Below are positions 27,681-36,394 of a DNA stretch of 48,329 nucleotides, one piece after another. The notes below the pieces were generated by a model that was given only the letters and a program-made list of their open reading frames with translations, ran no database searches and was not told where the DNA came from. How positions within the stretch are numbered: the stretch's first letter is position 1; each line of letters opens with the position of its first letter. Where the stretch lies: positions 1 through 48,329 of the IMG/VR virus record IMGVR_UViG_3300017722_002806, one strand, 5' to 3'. This DNA comes from a virus (lineage: Duplodnaviria > Caudoviricetes). Made by a program: the position numbers and the translations under genes.

Positions 27681-29489
27681 TTAGTCGTTTAATATGTCTT
27701 TTATTTTTGTTTCTATTTCATAAATATTCTGTTGTGCCTTCTTCATATCAAATAAGTGATCAAAACTTAATTCTTCTTCCCCCAACATACCTAATATTTT
27801 TGATTTTCTTGATTCTGATAACGGAGATTCCCCTCCTCCAGAATCTCCTGATGGTGGTGGTGGTGCTCCACCTCCCATATCTCCACCCATTGATCCGTCA
27901 CCTGAACCAGCTTCCATTGCTTTTTCTCTTTCCTCTTCAGGTATACCATATTTTGCATCAACATCATCAAAAATACCTGAACGTTTAATAATATTTTGGG
28001 TGTTAGTTAATTCAAATCCCATTGCACGTTCAAGACGTTGTTGTTGTAAATCCAAAATAACTTCAGAATCACTGAATCCTAATATATTTTTCTTTGCCCA
28101 TGTATGTGATACTGGTAAAATACCAACTTGTGATTGGTCTGAAGTTGCATCTTTATATAATGTTACTTTTTCTTTCCAAGTCTCTATACGTAATAAATCT
28201 GACTGAGCAGAAGGATTGGTTAATGATAATTCAAAATTGTTTAATTCATCTTCTAAACCTAAAAGATATAAATGAACCAATGCAATTTTATTTAACTCTT
28301 GGATTAATGATTTCTGTATTCTATTGATTGTTCTAGCAAAACGAATATCCATTAATGCTAAAGTCTTACCCTCACCCACAACTTCTTCAAATCCTAAGAA
28401 AGCTTTAGGTATACGTAATGCTGCCAATAATTTCTTTTGAATGTATTCAATATCCGCAATCTCACCTAAGTTTTGTGCTCCGGGTAATGTTTCAATTGGA
28501 TTTGTTTGTGACGGGTCACGAACAGGAATAAAATAATCTTGGTCTACAGCCATTTGATTATATCTCATATCAACCTGACCATTTCTTGAGTCAACAACTT
28601 GGTCTCTTTTAAACTTATTTGCAACACGTTGTACATATGGTTCAATATCTTTATCGTCCATGTTTCCCACGAATACTTTGAACACACGTCTTTCGGGTGC
28701 TCTTGATGTTCTGTAAATTAACATTGCATCCTCAGCAAGTAAAAGTTGTTTCCAAATTCTTCTAATCTTATCTAACATAGAAGTTCCATATGGAAGTTTT
28801 CTATCATCACCTAATAATCTAAAGTGTGCAATCTCCCATGCTTGGAATTCCATGTCTTTGTTTTTCCAAGTAAAACGTAATTCCCTTGTTGGTACTTTAA
28901 TATCAACGTTAACAGGAACCTTACTCGATGCCCCTTCAATTCTTTCTATTTCTATATTTGGTAATTGTTGTACCCCAATAATGCCTTTTTCAGGGTCTAT
29001 TTTTAAATAAACAAAGTTATCCCCGTATTTACATAGACCACGAGTCCACATTTGTAAATTCGTATTAATATCTAATTTTTCTTTAAATAAATCTTCTAAT
29101 ATAGATTTAATTCTATCTGATTCAGAATATATGGTCAACATTTGTCCCTTTTCAGAAAGTGTTGTTGACTCTTCAGAATATATGTCTAATGCCGCTGAAA
29201 TTTCAGGAGTGAATTCCATAGATTCATAATCGTAATACGCTGCAAGTCTATTTGCTTCGTAGTAAACCGATTGATTGTATAGAGATTGGTCTAATTTGGT
29301 AAACTTATCGGCAATATAAGAACTTTGTTGAGCCTGCAACATTGCCTTCTCAAACTCTTCTCTATTGTCCGTCTTTAAAAGTTCGTCTTTATTAAAATTA
29401 AAAGACGGTGTATCCTCAGGTTTTGATTGACCTGGAAATCCAAACATTCTTGTTAATTTCTGAAATACGGTTAAATTTTGGTCTGCCAT
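27681..29489 (-). CDS. Portal protein (T4 gp20-like)
   Basis: EDAMLIYRTSRAPERRVFKV, DYFIPVR, IETLPGAQNLGEIADIEY...LRIP, DIRFARTINRIQ. Confidence 0.96.
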   Translation of the reverse strand: MADQNLTVFQKLTRMFGFPGQSKPEDTPSFNFNKDELLKTDNREEFEKAMLQAQQSSYIADKFTKLDQSLYNQSVYYEANRLAAYYDYESMEFTPEISAALDIYSEESTTLSEKGQMLTIYSESDRIKSILEDLFKEKLDINTNLQMWTRGLCKYGDNFVYLKIDPEKGIIGVQQLPNIEIERIEGASSKVPVNVDIKVPTRELRFTWKNKDMEFQAWEIAHFRLLGDDRKLPYGTSMLDKIRRIWKQLLLAEDAMLIYRTSRAPERRVFKVFVGNMDDKDIEPYVQRVANKFKRDQVVDSRNGQVDMRYNQMAVDQDYFIPVRDPSQTNPIETLPGAQNLGEIADIEYIQKKLLAALRIPKAFLGFEEVVGEGKTLALMDIRFARTINRIQKSLIQELNKIALVHLYLLGLEDELNNFELSLTNPSAQSDLLRIETWKEKVTLYKDATSDQSQVGILPVSHTWAKKNILGFSDSEVILDLQQQRLERAMGFELTNTQNIIKRSGIFDDVDAKYGIPEEEREKAMEAGSGDGSMGGDMGGGAPPPPSGDSGGGESPLSESRKSKILGMLGEEELSFDHLFDMKKAQQNIYEIETKIKDILND

Positions 29490-29543
29490 TGTATATAAAT
29501 AGTTTTCTTTACAATATAAACTTTTTTATTTAAAAATAGTAGT

Positions 29544-31319
29544 TTATTTTCTTTTACTAAATAACCATGAATATTCGGCGTAAGCCTCCTTTGGTGCATT
29601 CATCATATTATTTTGTCTGTGTATCGGATTGTCCATTCCCATGGACCCAATTTGGTCAAAACTACCACCATATGAGTAGAATGATTTGTTTGGTTCGTAT
29701 GTTCTTTCCGATAACACCCAAGAATCTAACATTGCTTTATTCTTAGCTTCATTCCTCTCTAATTGATTGAAACATATGTCACCAGCATATAATGCCATTG
29801 ACATACTCATAATTGAGTCATCATGAGCACCTTTCATGTGATCAGGTCTACCATTAATATAAACAAATGTGTTAAGTTCATTTAATAACCTACTTGACCT
29901 AATTGCAAATCCCTTTCTAACCTGTTCTTCAAATGCGGCAACAATTTGTGTTCTTTTATTATTAAAATTAAGACCAGGTATTTTTTCCAAAGCCTTAGCG
30001 TTATAATCCCAAATGTTTTGGGTGTTTACTCCCTCAATGTATAAGTTTTTATATTGCATTTCTTGTAACTTCCTTGAGGTTGCAATACCCATACCTCCGG
30101 TAATATCTATTACTATAAAAGCATTACCATATAAAATTCCCCACTTATACGCAACTGATGCTAAATCATCAGGAGGAATTTTACCAATATATTCTACCAC
30201 TTGTTCTCTATCATCAAAATCAACAATATTGATAGATGAAAAGTCCTCACTATCTCCTCTACTAACATCCACCCCCATAATGTAACGATGACCAACTACA
30301 GGCTCTTTCCATTGCCAAAAAGTGGCTTGCATGTATTTCTCTATGGGTTGTCTAATCATATTCTTGGCGATACTTTCTTGAAGTTCTCCAGGAATTACAC
30401 CGTCACCCGAACCTAAGAAGTCACATTCCAATTCCTGTGCAATCTTACGTCTATCATATTTAAATTTCTTAGACATTGATTCAAACCAAGACGAAAACGG
30501 TTTATAACCTTGTTCGTGATATTCTTGATACTTTTCAGTATCAAAATCATACATAACAACTTCGTTATCATTGTACTGTTCTCTATTCAACATGTAATGA
30601 CAGATGTCTTGACACTTAACCCAACGTAAATCTTTGGTATAACGAGGGTCATTAAACCACCTTAAATTTGTTATATGGAAATCATTGATTCCACGTAATG
30701 CTTGGTCGTAAACACCGTAATAGATAGGGTCATAACCATTTGGCGTGGAGATAAGAATAATCTTACCACCTGTTGATAGAGATGCCATAGATGCTGCCCA
30801 AAAATCATCACCAGCTTCAATGTAAGCGGCCTCATCAAATACAAGTATGGTAGGAGTATAACCACGTAACGCATCTGCAGATGTTGCTACCGCTTTAACT
30901 TCACAACCATTGTTTAATCTAAATCTACTTTCTGAGTTTTTGTCAGGTGAGAATCCAACATTAATCCACTCGGGCCATTGCTCAATAAAGTGTCTAACTT
31001 TATTCGCCATCTCAACCGCAGTATCACGTTTGTTAGCAATAAGAAGAACTCTTTCAGGTTCATTTTCTTTCGCTGTTTGTAATTTTTTAGAAATCCACGC
31101 AGCGGTAACAGTTGTGACACCAGCCTGTCTATATTTTCTAGTTATGTTTTCATTATAGTTTTCATAATCTTGAATCAATTGAACTTGGTCAGGAAATAAC
31201 TCTAACGGTACATATTTTTTTTGAGTATTATCATAGGTTTGCAGATATGTTTTTAACGCATATGGTGCATCCTTAATAATCTTCGCGTACTCTTTTAATT
31301 GTTCTATTTTCGAATTCAT
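29544..31319 (-). CDS. terL: Terminase large subunit (T4 gp17-like)
   Basis: KYRQAGVTT, LVFDEAAYI (Walker B), ISTPNG, QELECDF, MGVDVSRG, HDDSIMS. Confidence 0.95.
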   Translation of the reverse strand: MNSKIEQLKEYAKIIKDAPYALKTYLQTYDNTQKKYVPLELFPDQVQLIQDYENYNENITRKYRQAGVTTVTAAWISKKLQTAKENEPERVLLIANKRDTAVEMANKVRHFIEQWPEWINVGFSPDKNSESRFRLNNGCEVKAVATSADALRGYTPTILVFDEAAYIEAGDDFWAASMASLSTGGKIILISTPNGYDPIYYGVYDQALRGINDFHITNLRWFNDPRYTKDLRWVKCQDICHYMLNREQYNDNEVVMYDFDTEKYQEYHEQGYKPFSSWFESMSKKFKYDRRKIAQELECDFLGSGDGVIPGELQESIAKNMIRQPIEKYMQATFWQWKEPVVGHRYIMGVDVSRGDSEDFSSINIVDFDDREQVVEYIGKIPPDDLASVAYKWGILYGNAFIVIDITGGMGIATSRKLQEMQYKNLYIEGVNTQNIWDYNAKALEKIPGLNFNNKRTQIVAAFEEQVRKGFAIRSSRLLNELNTFVYINGRPDHMKGAHDDSIMSMSMALYAGDICFNQLERNEAKNKAMLDSWVLSERTYEPNKSFYSYGGSFDQIGSMGMDNPIHRQNNMMNAPKEAYAEYSWLFSKRK

Positions 31320-31333
31320 ATACTATATAAATA

Positions 31334-31360
31334 GAAAAAGGTGGGTTAAACCACCTTTCT
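31334..31360 (-). terminator. Intrinsic terminator abutting the terL late motif
   Basis: Minus strand AAAGGTGG-TTTAAC-CCACCTTTTT followed by CTATTTATA. Confidence 0.75.
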
Positions 31361-31362
31361 TA

Positions 31363-32685
31363 TTAATCTTCATCATCCTCAGGTCTTCGTATTCCCAAAC
31401 TACCTAAGAAATCATCAAAATCTCCATCGTCAGTATTATCTTCTACTGAATCTAAATCATCATTAAAAATGTTAATGGCTTCTTGGTATTCTTGGTCATT
31501 TAACATTAAAACGATACCATCAACAATCTCTTGTAATAATCGTTTTCCAGATTCAGAACTAGACATCACTTCTTTCATTAATATTAAGAATTTTTTTGCT
31601 GGTAGTTTAAAAATCTCAACTAATAAATAATTTTGTAATTCTGCTTTATTTTCATCTGTTAAAACCTCTTCAGGATATTGAGCTCTAATTCTGTCCCAAA
31701 TTGCTGGACCTAATCTTAAATCCCACATTTCCTTTTCTAAGGTATCTTCATGTTGCATTACTTGTTGGAACATCTCTTTATCCTCGGGTTCACCTTGGTG
31801 TGAGAATAATTCCATCATACCTTTAATCAACTCATGAACTAAAATTGGAAAATTGATTGCTCTTGCTTTAATTGTTGGTGGTTCAGTATCTCTTTCAACT
31901 TCCTCCTTACCTCCAACTGATCCTCCACCTTCTCCACCACCCATCATCATTTGCATTGTTTGGTCACTTAATTGCCAATATAATGTGTCGTTAATTGACA
32001 TTAAAACACCATATTGATTTATTAAACTTTGAGACCCTGTAATTTCTTGTATTTTTTCTGAAACATAATGATACATGTAGTGACCTCTTTTAGACGCTCC
32101 TTGTATCATACTGTTAATTAATCTTCTTTTTGCTCTTTCTAAATCTAAACTTTCTAAGTCTACCATTAAATCTTCTTCAATGTCAACTTCATCCATATTC
32201 TGTTGATTTCCTTCTTCTCTTTCAAAATCTTGTGTATCAACCTCACCCATACCGACAATCTTTGCGTCGAATTGTACCGCACCTTCAGGAATACCCATTT
32301 CTTTTATTACCAATTCAATTGCTAATTGCTCTAAAGCCTCTCTATGTTCTCTTTCTGTCGCAACGATTCCATTATGTGCTGCCATCATCATTTGAGTTAA
32401 TTCACCCATACCACGTTCACCAACCATTGTTGTGTCAACACCAGTATATTGTCTAACTCTTTGAACAACTTGTTTATATCGTTCGGACGCTAATAGTTCT
32501 TGAAAATTTTTATTAGGTTCTTCTCCCGTCTTAGGTAGTGGAACTTTTTTTAACGGAGTATCTCCGGTTGCCAACTTGTTGGTAATATCCGTACTCGGTC
32601 TATCTTGGGTATCAAAATCCATTGGCATCTCATTAAGGTTTTCCTTAATAATACCTAAAAGTTTTTGTTTTGTCAAACTATTCAT
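31363..32685 (-). CDS. Hypothetical protein with zincin-like HELIKG motif
   Basis: Start moved to 32685 (MNSLTKQKLLGIIKENLNE), 8-bp overlap with the upstream gene; FPILVHELIKG. Confidence 0.8.
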   Translation of the reverse strand: MNSLTKQKLLGIIKENLNEMPMDFDTQDRPSTDITNKLATGDTPLKKVPLPKTGEEPNKNFQELLASERYKQVVQRVRQYTGVDTTMVGERGMGELTQMMMAAHNGIVATEREHREALEQLAIELVIKEMGIPEGAVQFDAKIVGMGEVDTQDFEREEGNQQNMDEVDIEEDLMVDLESLDLERAKRRLINSMIQGASKRGHYMYHYVSEKIQEITGSQSLINQYGVLMSINDTLYWQLSDQTMQMMMGGGEGGGSVGGKEEVERDTEPPTIKARAINFPILVHELIKGMMELFSHQGEPEDKEMFQQVMQHEDTLEKEMWDLRLGPAIWDRIRAQYPEEVLTDENKAELQNYLLVEIFKLPAKKFLILMKEVMSSSESGKRLLQEIVDGIVLMLNDQEYQEAINIFNDDLDSVEDNTDDGDFDDFLGSLGIRRPEDDED

Positions 32686-33451
32686 TTGAATATTTCTTTT
32701 CTTCTGCGAATGCCTTAGGTTTATGTTTTGGTCCAGGTCCTGGTTGGTACGGAGTTTTTGGTTTTGATGGTGTAGTACCAGGTTTTGTACCCGGCTTGGT
32801 TGTAGGTTTTGCTGGTGCAGTTTTAGTGTCACCATCATTTGCAATCATATCGTAAGACATAAACTCAGGTACACCGTTGCGTCCCTTTTTTACATTACTA
32901 CCATGTTGTGGTTCCATAACTTCAGATTCGGTCAATTTTGATTGAATTAATTCCATAATTTCGTTTTTTGATGTAAAACTATGAAATTTTTCTTCAGCAA
33001 GTTTGTTTACCCATTTTTTAGTTTCGATACTCTCTTTTTTAACGTTTTTCCAATTTTCAGATTTTTTACATTTACATTTTGATTCTACACAATCACATTT
33101 TTTACATTTCTTTTCTACTTTTACTTCTTTCTTCTGTCCTTTTAATATTTTAAAATCTTGACCATCAATTTTTCCATTGTGATTTTTATCTAATTTCTTT
33201 TGTCCACCTTTTAATTCCTCCCCAACCTCTTTTTTCTTCTCTCTCAATTCAACATTAAGACCTTGGTCTAATAATTTTTTAACGTCAGCAGGATTAGATG
33301 TTCCCTTAGGCATAACAACATTACCTTTTTGATTAGCCTCACCTAACAATCTTTCAGATAACTCTAAAAGTTGTTTATCCGTAAACCTAACCAATGTCTT
33401 TGCTGACATCCCTTCTTTGATTAATTTATCAACTAATTCTGACCTTTTCAT
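32678..33451 (-). CDS. Probable head-internal protein with EF-hand-like loop
   Basis: LDKNHNGKIDGQDF (DxNxNG Ca-binding loop), CKKCDC...CKC, Pro/Lys-rich tail. Confidence 0.75.
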   Translation of the reverse strand: MKRSELVDKLIKEGMSAKTLVRFTDKQLLELSERLLGEANQKGNVVMPKGTSNPADVKKLLDQGLNVELREKKKEVGEELKGGQKKLDKNHNGKIDGQDFKILKGQKKEVKVEKKCKKCDCVESKCKCKKSENWKNVKKESIETKKWVNKLAEEKFHSFTSKNEIMELIQSKLTESEVMEPQHGSNVKKGRNGVPEFMSYDMIANDGDTKTAPAKPTTKPGTKPGTTPSKPKTPYQPGPGPKHKPKAFAEEKKYSNE

Positions 33452-33849
33452 AATTCTTTAAATTTTATTTCTTCTTTTAATAAGTGATAGTTTCTTAATT
33501 TTAGTTTTTTAGAAACCGTTTCAATTAACTCCCCAAATCTAAAAGATAAACGCTCAGATTCTGAGTTAACATCAAATTTTTCCCATCCTAAGGAAATCAC
33601 ACCATCTACCGCATCAATAACTCCGAAATAATCGGAGTCCTGAACTAATTCTAACTTTAAATCGGTATTTTTTAATAAACCAACTAAGTCAACGTATTGA
33701 ATTTCAGGTGATTTAGGTAAAGATGTTGATGAAGCGGGTATTACAAACCATTCGTCCATATCAATTTCAACGGATTCACTAAAAATGAATTCATATTGTT
33801 TTTGACCTTTATAGTCATCACCAATTTCGTTGATATAGATAAGAATCAT
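33448..33849 (-). CDS. Hypothetical protein
   Basis: 133-aa ORF coupled to both neighbours. Confidence 0.75.
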   Translation of the reverse strand: MILIYINEIGDDYKGQKQYEFIFSESVEIDMDEWFVIPASSTSLPKSPEIQYVDLVGLLKNTDLKLELVQDSDYFGVIDAVDGVISLGWEKFDVNSESERLSFRFGELIETVSKKLKLRNYHLLKEEIKFKEL

Positions 33850-33850
33850 T

Positions 33851-34882
33851 TTATTTGAAATATTTCATTAGTGTTTCACCAACACTTCTATTAATTTCAT
33901 TTTTAATCTCGTCTAAATCTAATTCTTGTACATCTTCCTCATTATCACCGTCTGTTACTGCATATTTTGATAAATCAACCTCATCATTAGATTCGTCACC
34001 TAAATCAACAGGTGAATCAATAAATGACTCTAATGCCGACATTGAATCATATTCATCAATATCAGATTCAGGTTTAGGTTCTTCTGAAGGTACTTCATCT
34101 TCCGCAGATGGTTCTGTTTCAGTATCACCACCAAAATCTACATCTCCGTCTTCCTCGTCACGTTCAAATTTTTTCGCAATCTCTTCAATATCATCAAGGT
34201 CTAACTTATCCAAATCAACAGCCGATATAACCATATTAAGAACATACTTAATATCATCACTTTCCATCTTATCGTGTAAGTCTCTTAATTCTTGACCTAA
34301 TTTACCTGCGTATTTTTGAACTTCCGCCATGTAATCTGATCTTTTACTTTCAGTATCGCCACCTATTTCGTCAGAAGAAGGTTCTTCCAAAGATGGCTCA
34401 TCGGTTGGTGCGGCATTTGATGTGAAATCATCACCCCCTCCCGTACCAAAATCATCAGATGGAACTGATGTTGGAACATCAGATGGGGGTGCATCATCCA
34501 TAGATGATGCAGGTGCAGGTGCCTCTTGTTGAGGCTTATTTTGTTTTAAAACATATTTGGTCGCTTCCTGTAATTCGTCTTGACCTTTAATGAGTTCTAA
34601 TCTCTTAAGGGCTTCACCATATGAACTAAATTTATTTTTATTCTTCATAAACATACCACCGATATAATCTAAAGATGATTCGTTCACGCCACTTTTTACA
34701 TAGTACACGTCTCTTTCTTTGACGATACCGTAAAAAGACCCTGATTTAGATTCTTTCACCAATTCAGGTTTAGCCGATGAGGACTTTTTATTTTTTTCAT
34801 TGTAGTAAGTTAGTTCGAGAATTCTTTTCAATTTCTCATCACCAGTTAACTTTTCACTACCAATAGGTTTTAAATCTGCCAT
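33851..34882 (-). CDS. Acidic hypothetical protein, probably head assembly/internal
   Basis: 343 aa; late motif at 34916-34924; EKLKRILEL tag-like segment; LVKE, VNE, LQE sites. Confidence 0.75.
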   Translation of the reverse strand: MADLKPIGSEKLTGDEKLKRILELTYYNEKNKKSSSAKPELVKESKSGSFYGIVKERDVYYVKSGVNESSLDYIGGMFMKNKNKFSSYGEALKRLELIKGQDELQEATKYVLKQNKPQQEAPAPASSMDDAPPSDVPTSVPSDDFGTGGGDDFTSNAAPTDEPSLEEPSSDEIGGDTESKRSDYMAEVQKYAGKLGQELRDLHDKMESDDIKYVLNMVISAVDLDKLDLDDIEEIAKKFERDEEDGDVDFGGDTETEPSAEDEVPSEEPKPESDIDEYDSMSALESFIDSPVDLGDESNDEVDLSKYAVTDGDNEEDVQELDLDEIKNEINRSVGETLMKYFK

Positions 34883-34952
34883 TTTGTTGATATTAAGGTA
34901 TACTTATTCTTATCCTATAAATACATTGATATAGGGAAAAAAATGAGTATAG

Positions 34953-35708
34953 TTATTGTGTTATGGACAATTTCTTGTCTGTTATGTCCGTTTTTAGCTT
35001 TAATAATTTTTCGATGTATCCATTTCTTCTCAGTAATTTAAAGGTTAGGTTCTCATAAGAATACTCACCACCCTGTTCCAAACCACTTTGTCTGAACGTT
35101 TTTATTTTTTTTCTTAATTCCTCAATCTTTAGTAAAACATCTTTTTTGTTACCTTCTTTTACTAATTTATCAATAATTCTCATGTATTCTTCACCCTTTT
35201 GAATAATCATCCTATCATCGATATTAGGAGACTCCTCCTTAGGTTCAATCTCCCATTTATTATGTAGGATTGAATAAACCCCTGACGAAACGTGGGGTTC
35301 ATTTACGTCTTGAACATAGATTTCAACATCATACCCCTTAATTTTGATGTCATGTTTTTCATTCCAAACATTCTTCTTTGCATCAAAAAATTCTTTCAAT
35401 AATGTTGCAGGGTATTTTGATTCCTCAAAATCAATCAATATATGTAAATCAACATCTGAGAATTGTGACCAATTATAGTTCGATAAAGAACCTGTTAAAA
35501 CAATATCATGTATGAAAAAATCAACCCCTAATGTCTCGATAAAATCGTCACTAATCTTTAATAGACTTTTTCGAATATCACCACGCATGGAAAACTCACC
35601 GTCCGAACCTTCAAATATCTGGTTGGAAAGTGAATCTTTGGGTTCGAATGATTTTACAATCTTCTCATCCTCTTGTCTATCCTCAATCAATTCTTCAAAT
35701 AAACTCAT
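34953..35708 (-). CDS. Pol-beta-superfamily nucleotidyltransferase
   Basis: LTGSLSNYNWSQFSDVDLHI (GS...DxD) and a third acidic residue in VEIYVQD. Confidence 0.8.
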   Translation of the reverse strand: MSLFEELIEDRQEDEKIVKSFEPKDSLSNQIFEGSDGEFSMRGDIRKSLLKISDDFIETLGVDFFIHDIVLTGSLSNYNWSQFSDVDLHILIDFEESKYPATLLKEFFDAKKNVWNEKHDIKIKGYDVEIYVQDVNEPHVSSGVYSILHNKWEIEPKEESPNIDDRMIIQKGEEYMRIIDKLVKEGNKKDVLLKIEELRKKIKTFRQSGLEQGGEYSYENLTFKLLRRNGYIEKLLKLKTDITDKKLSITQ

Positions 35709-35950
35709 GATAGTTTAGTGTGCTTGTGGGTTTTTGCAATATTTTCATTAAAATATTTCCCTTGAGATTCGGATAATCTAAACTTAGTAAACTTATTCCA
35801 AGGTACTTTACTGTATTCATAAATACCACCGGAATTAAATGCTACTGTCATGATTTCCTTTTCGGTGTCATACGATGCAGACTTTAGGTTAGACGAGTTA
35901 ATTTTTACCTCAATTAGGGTACCTTCGATTTTTTCTGATATAATAGCCAT
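35705..35950 (-). CDS. KTSC-domain protein
   Basis: SSNLKSASYD...VAFNSGGIYEYSKVP...SESQGKYFNENI; start moved to ATG 35950. Confidence 0.9.
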   Translation of the reverse strand: MAIISEKIEGTLIEVKINSSNLKSASYDTEKEIMTVAFNSGGIYEYSKVPWNKFTKFRLSESQGKYFNENIAKTHKHTKLS

Positions 35951-35991
35951 AGTTTTTATTTTTACTACAATATACAGAATAAATATCAAAT

Positions 35992-36016
35992 AAAAAACCC
36001 CAATTTCTTGGGGTTT
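35992..36016 (-). terminator. Intrinsic terminator
   Basis: Minus strand AAACCCCAA-loop-TTGGGGTTTTTT. Confidence 0.85.
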
Positions 36017-36020
36017 AGTG

Positions 36021-36194
36021 TTATAACGATTTTTTTATCTGATTAATTAACTTATCGGAAAGATTACTCTTTTTAAGTTTAATTAACGCCGCCGCCTCTT
36101 TATTTTTTGAAGTGTCGACCTTTTCGGTTGATCTTTTTTGCAACAATATGTTAGATTCTTCCATATGTATACGTTTCATTAAACTTTTGTTCAT
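36021..36194 (-). CDS. Small basic protein (57 aa), missing from the ORF track
   Basis: MNKSLMKRIHMEESNILLQKRSTEKVDTSKNKEAAALIKLKKSNLSDKLINQIKKSL; own TATTTAT motif (36209-36218) and downstream terminator. Confidence 0.75.
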   Translation of the reverse strand: MNKSLMKRIHMEESNILLQKRSTEKVDTSKNKEAAALIKLKKSNLSDKLINQIKKSL

Positions 36195-36290
36195 GGTATG
36201 TCTTTATTAATAAATATAAAAAAAATATCAATAAATAAATCTTTAATTTAATTGGTTGAAATTAATCTTTTAATTAATATGTATTAAACT

Positions 36291-36327
36291 GACATTTAGA
36301 CATTCATTAGACATTTTTTTTAGACAT
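36291..36327 (+). repeat. Four (TA)GACAT direct repeats upstream of the clpC promoter
   Basis: GACAT at 36291; TAGACAT at 36297, 36308 and 36321. Confidence 0.7.
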
Positions 36328-36338
36328 CTTGTCTTTGG

Positions 36339-36370
36339 TTTGTTTTTTAGAATAATTTATGTTATGTTTG
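36339..36370 (+). promoter_or_regulatory. Bacteroidota housekeeping-sigma promoter for clpC
   Basis: TTTG (36339-36342)-N20-TATGTTTG (36363-36370). Confidence 0.8.
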
Positions 36371-36394
36371 TATCGTAACTAAAACACATTTAGA

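Noticed and set aside
31110-31140. TerL Walker A lacking the canonical Lys (RQAGVTT)
   Set aside because: Deviant Walker A motifs of the KxRQxGxS/T type are common among terminases; not evidence of inactivation.
22430-31319. Introns, inteins or homing endonucleases in MCP, portal or TerL
   Set aside because: ORFs are uninterrupted and of normal length with no intein or LAGLIDADG/HNH motifs visible.
32686-32844. 53-aa N-terminal extension of the 493-aa ORF
   Set aside because: Lies inside the upstream gene; the ATG at 32685 gives a normal 8-bp overlap. Similar over-extended starts were trimmed at 20598, 22060, 26730, 35989, 38539 and 38843.
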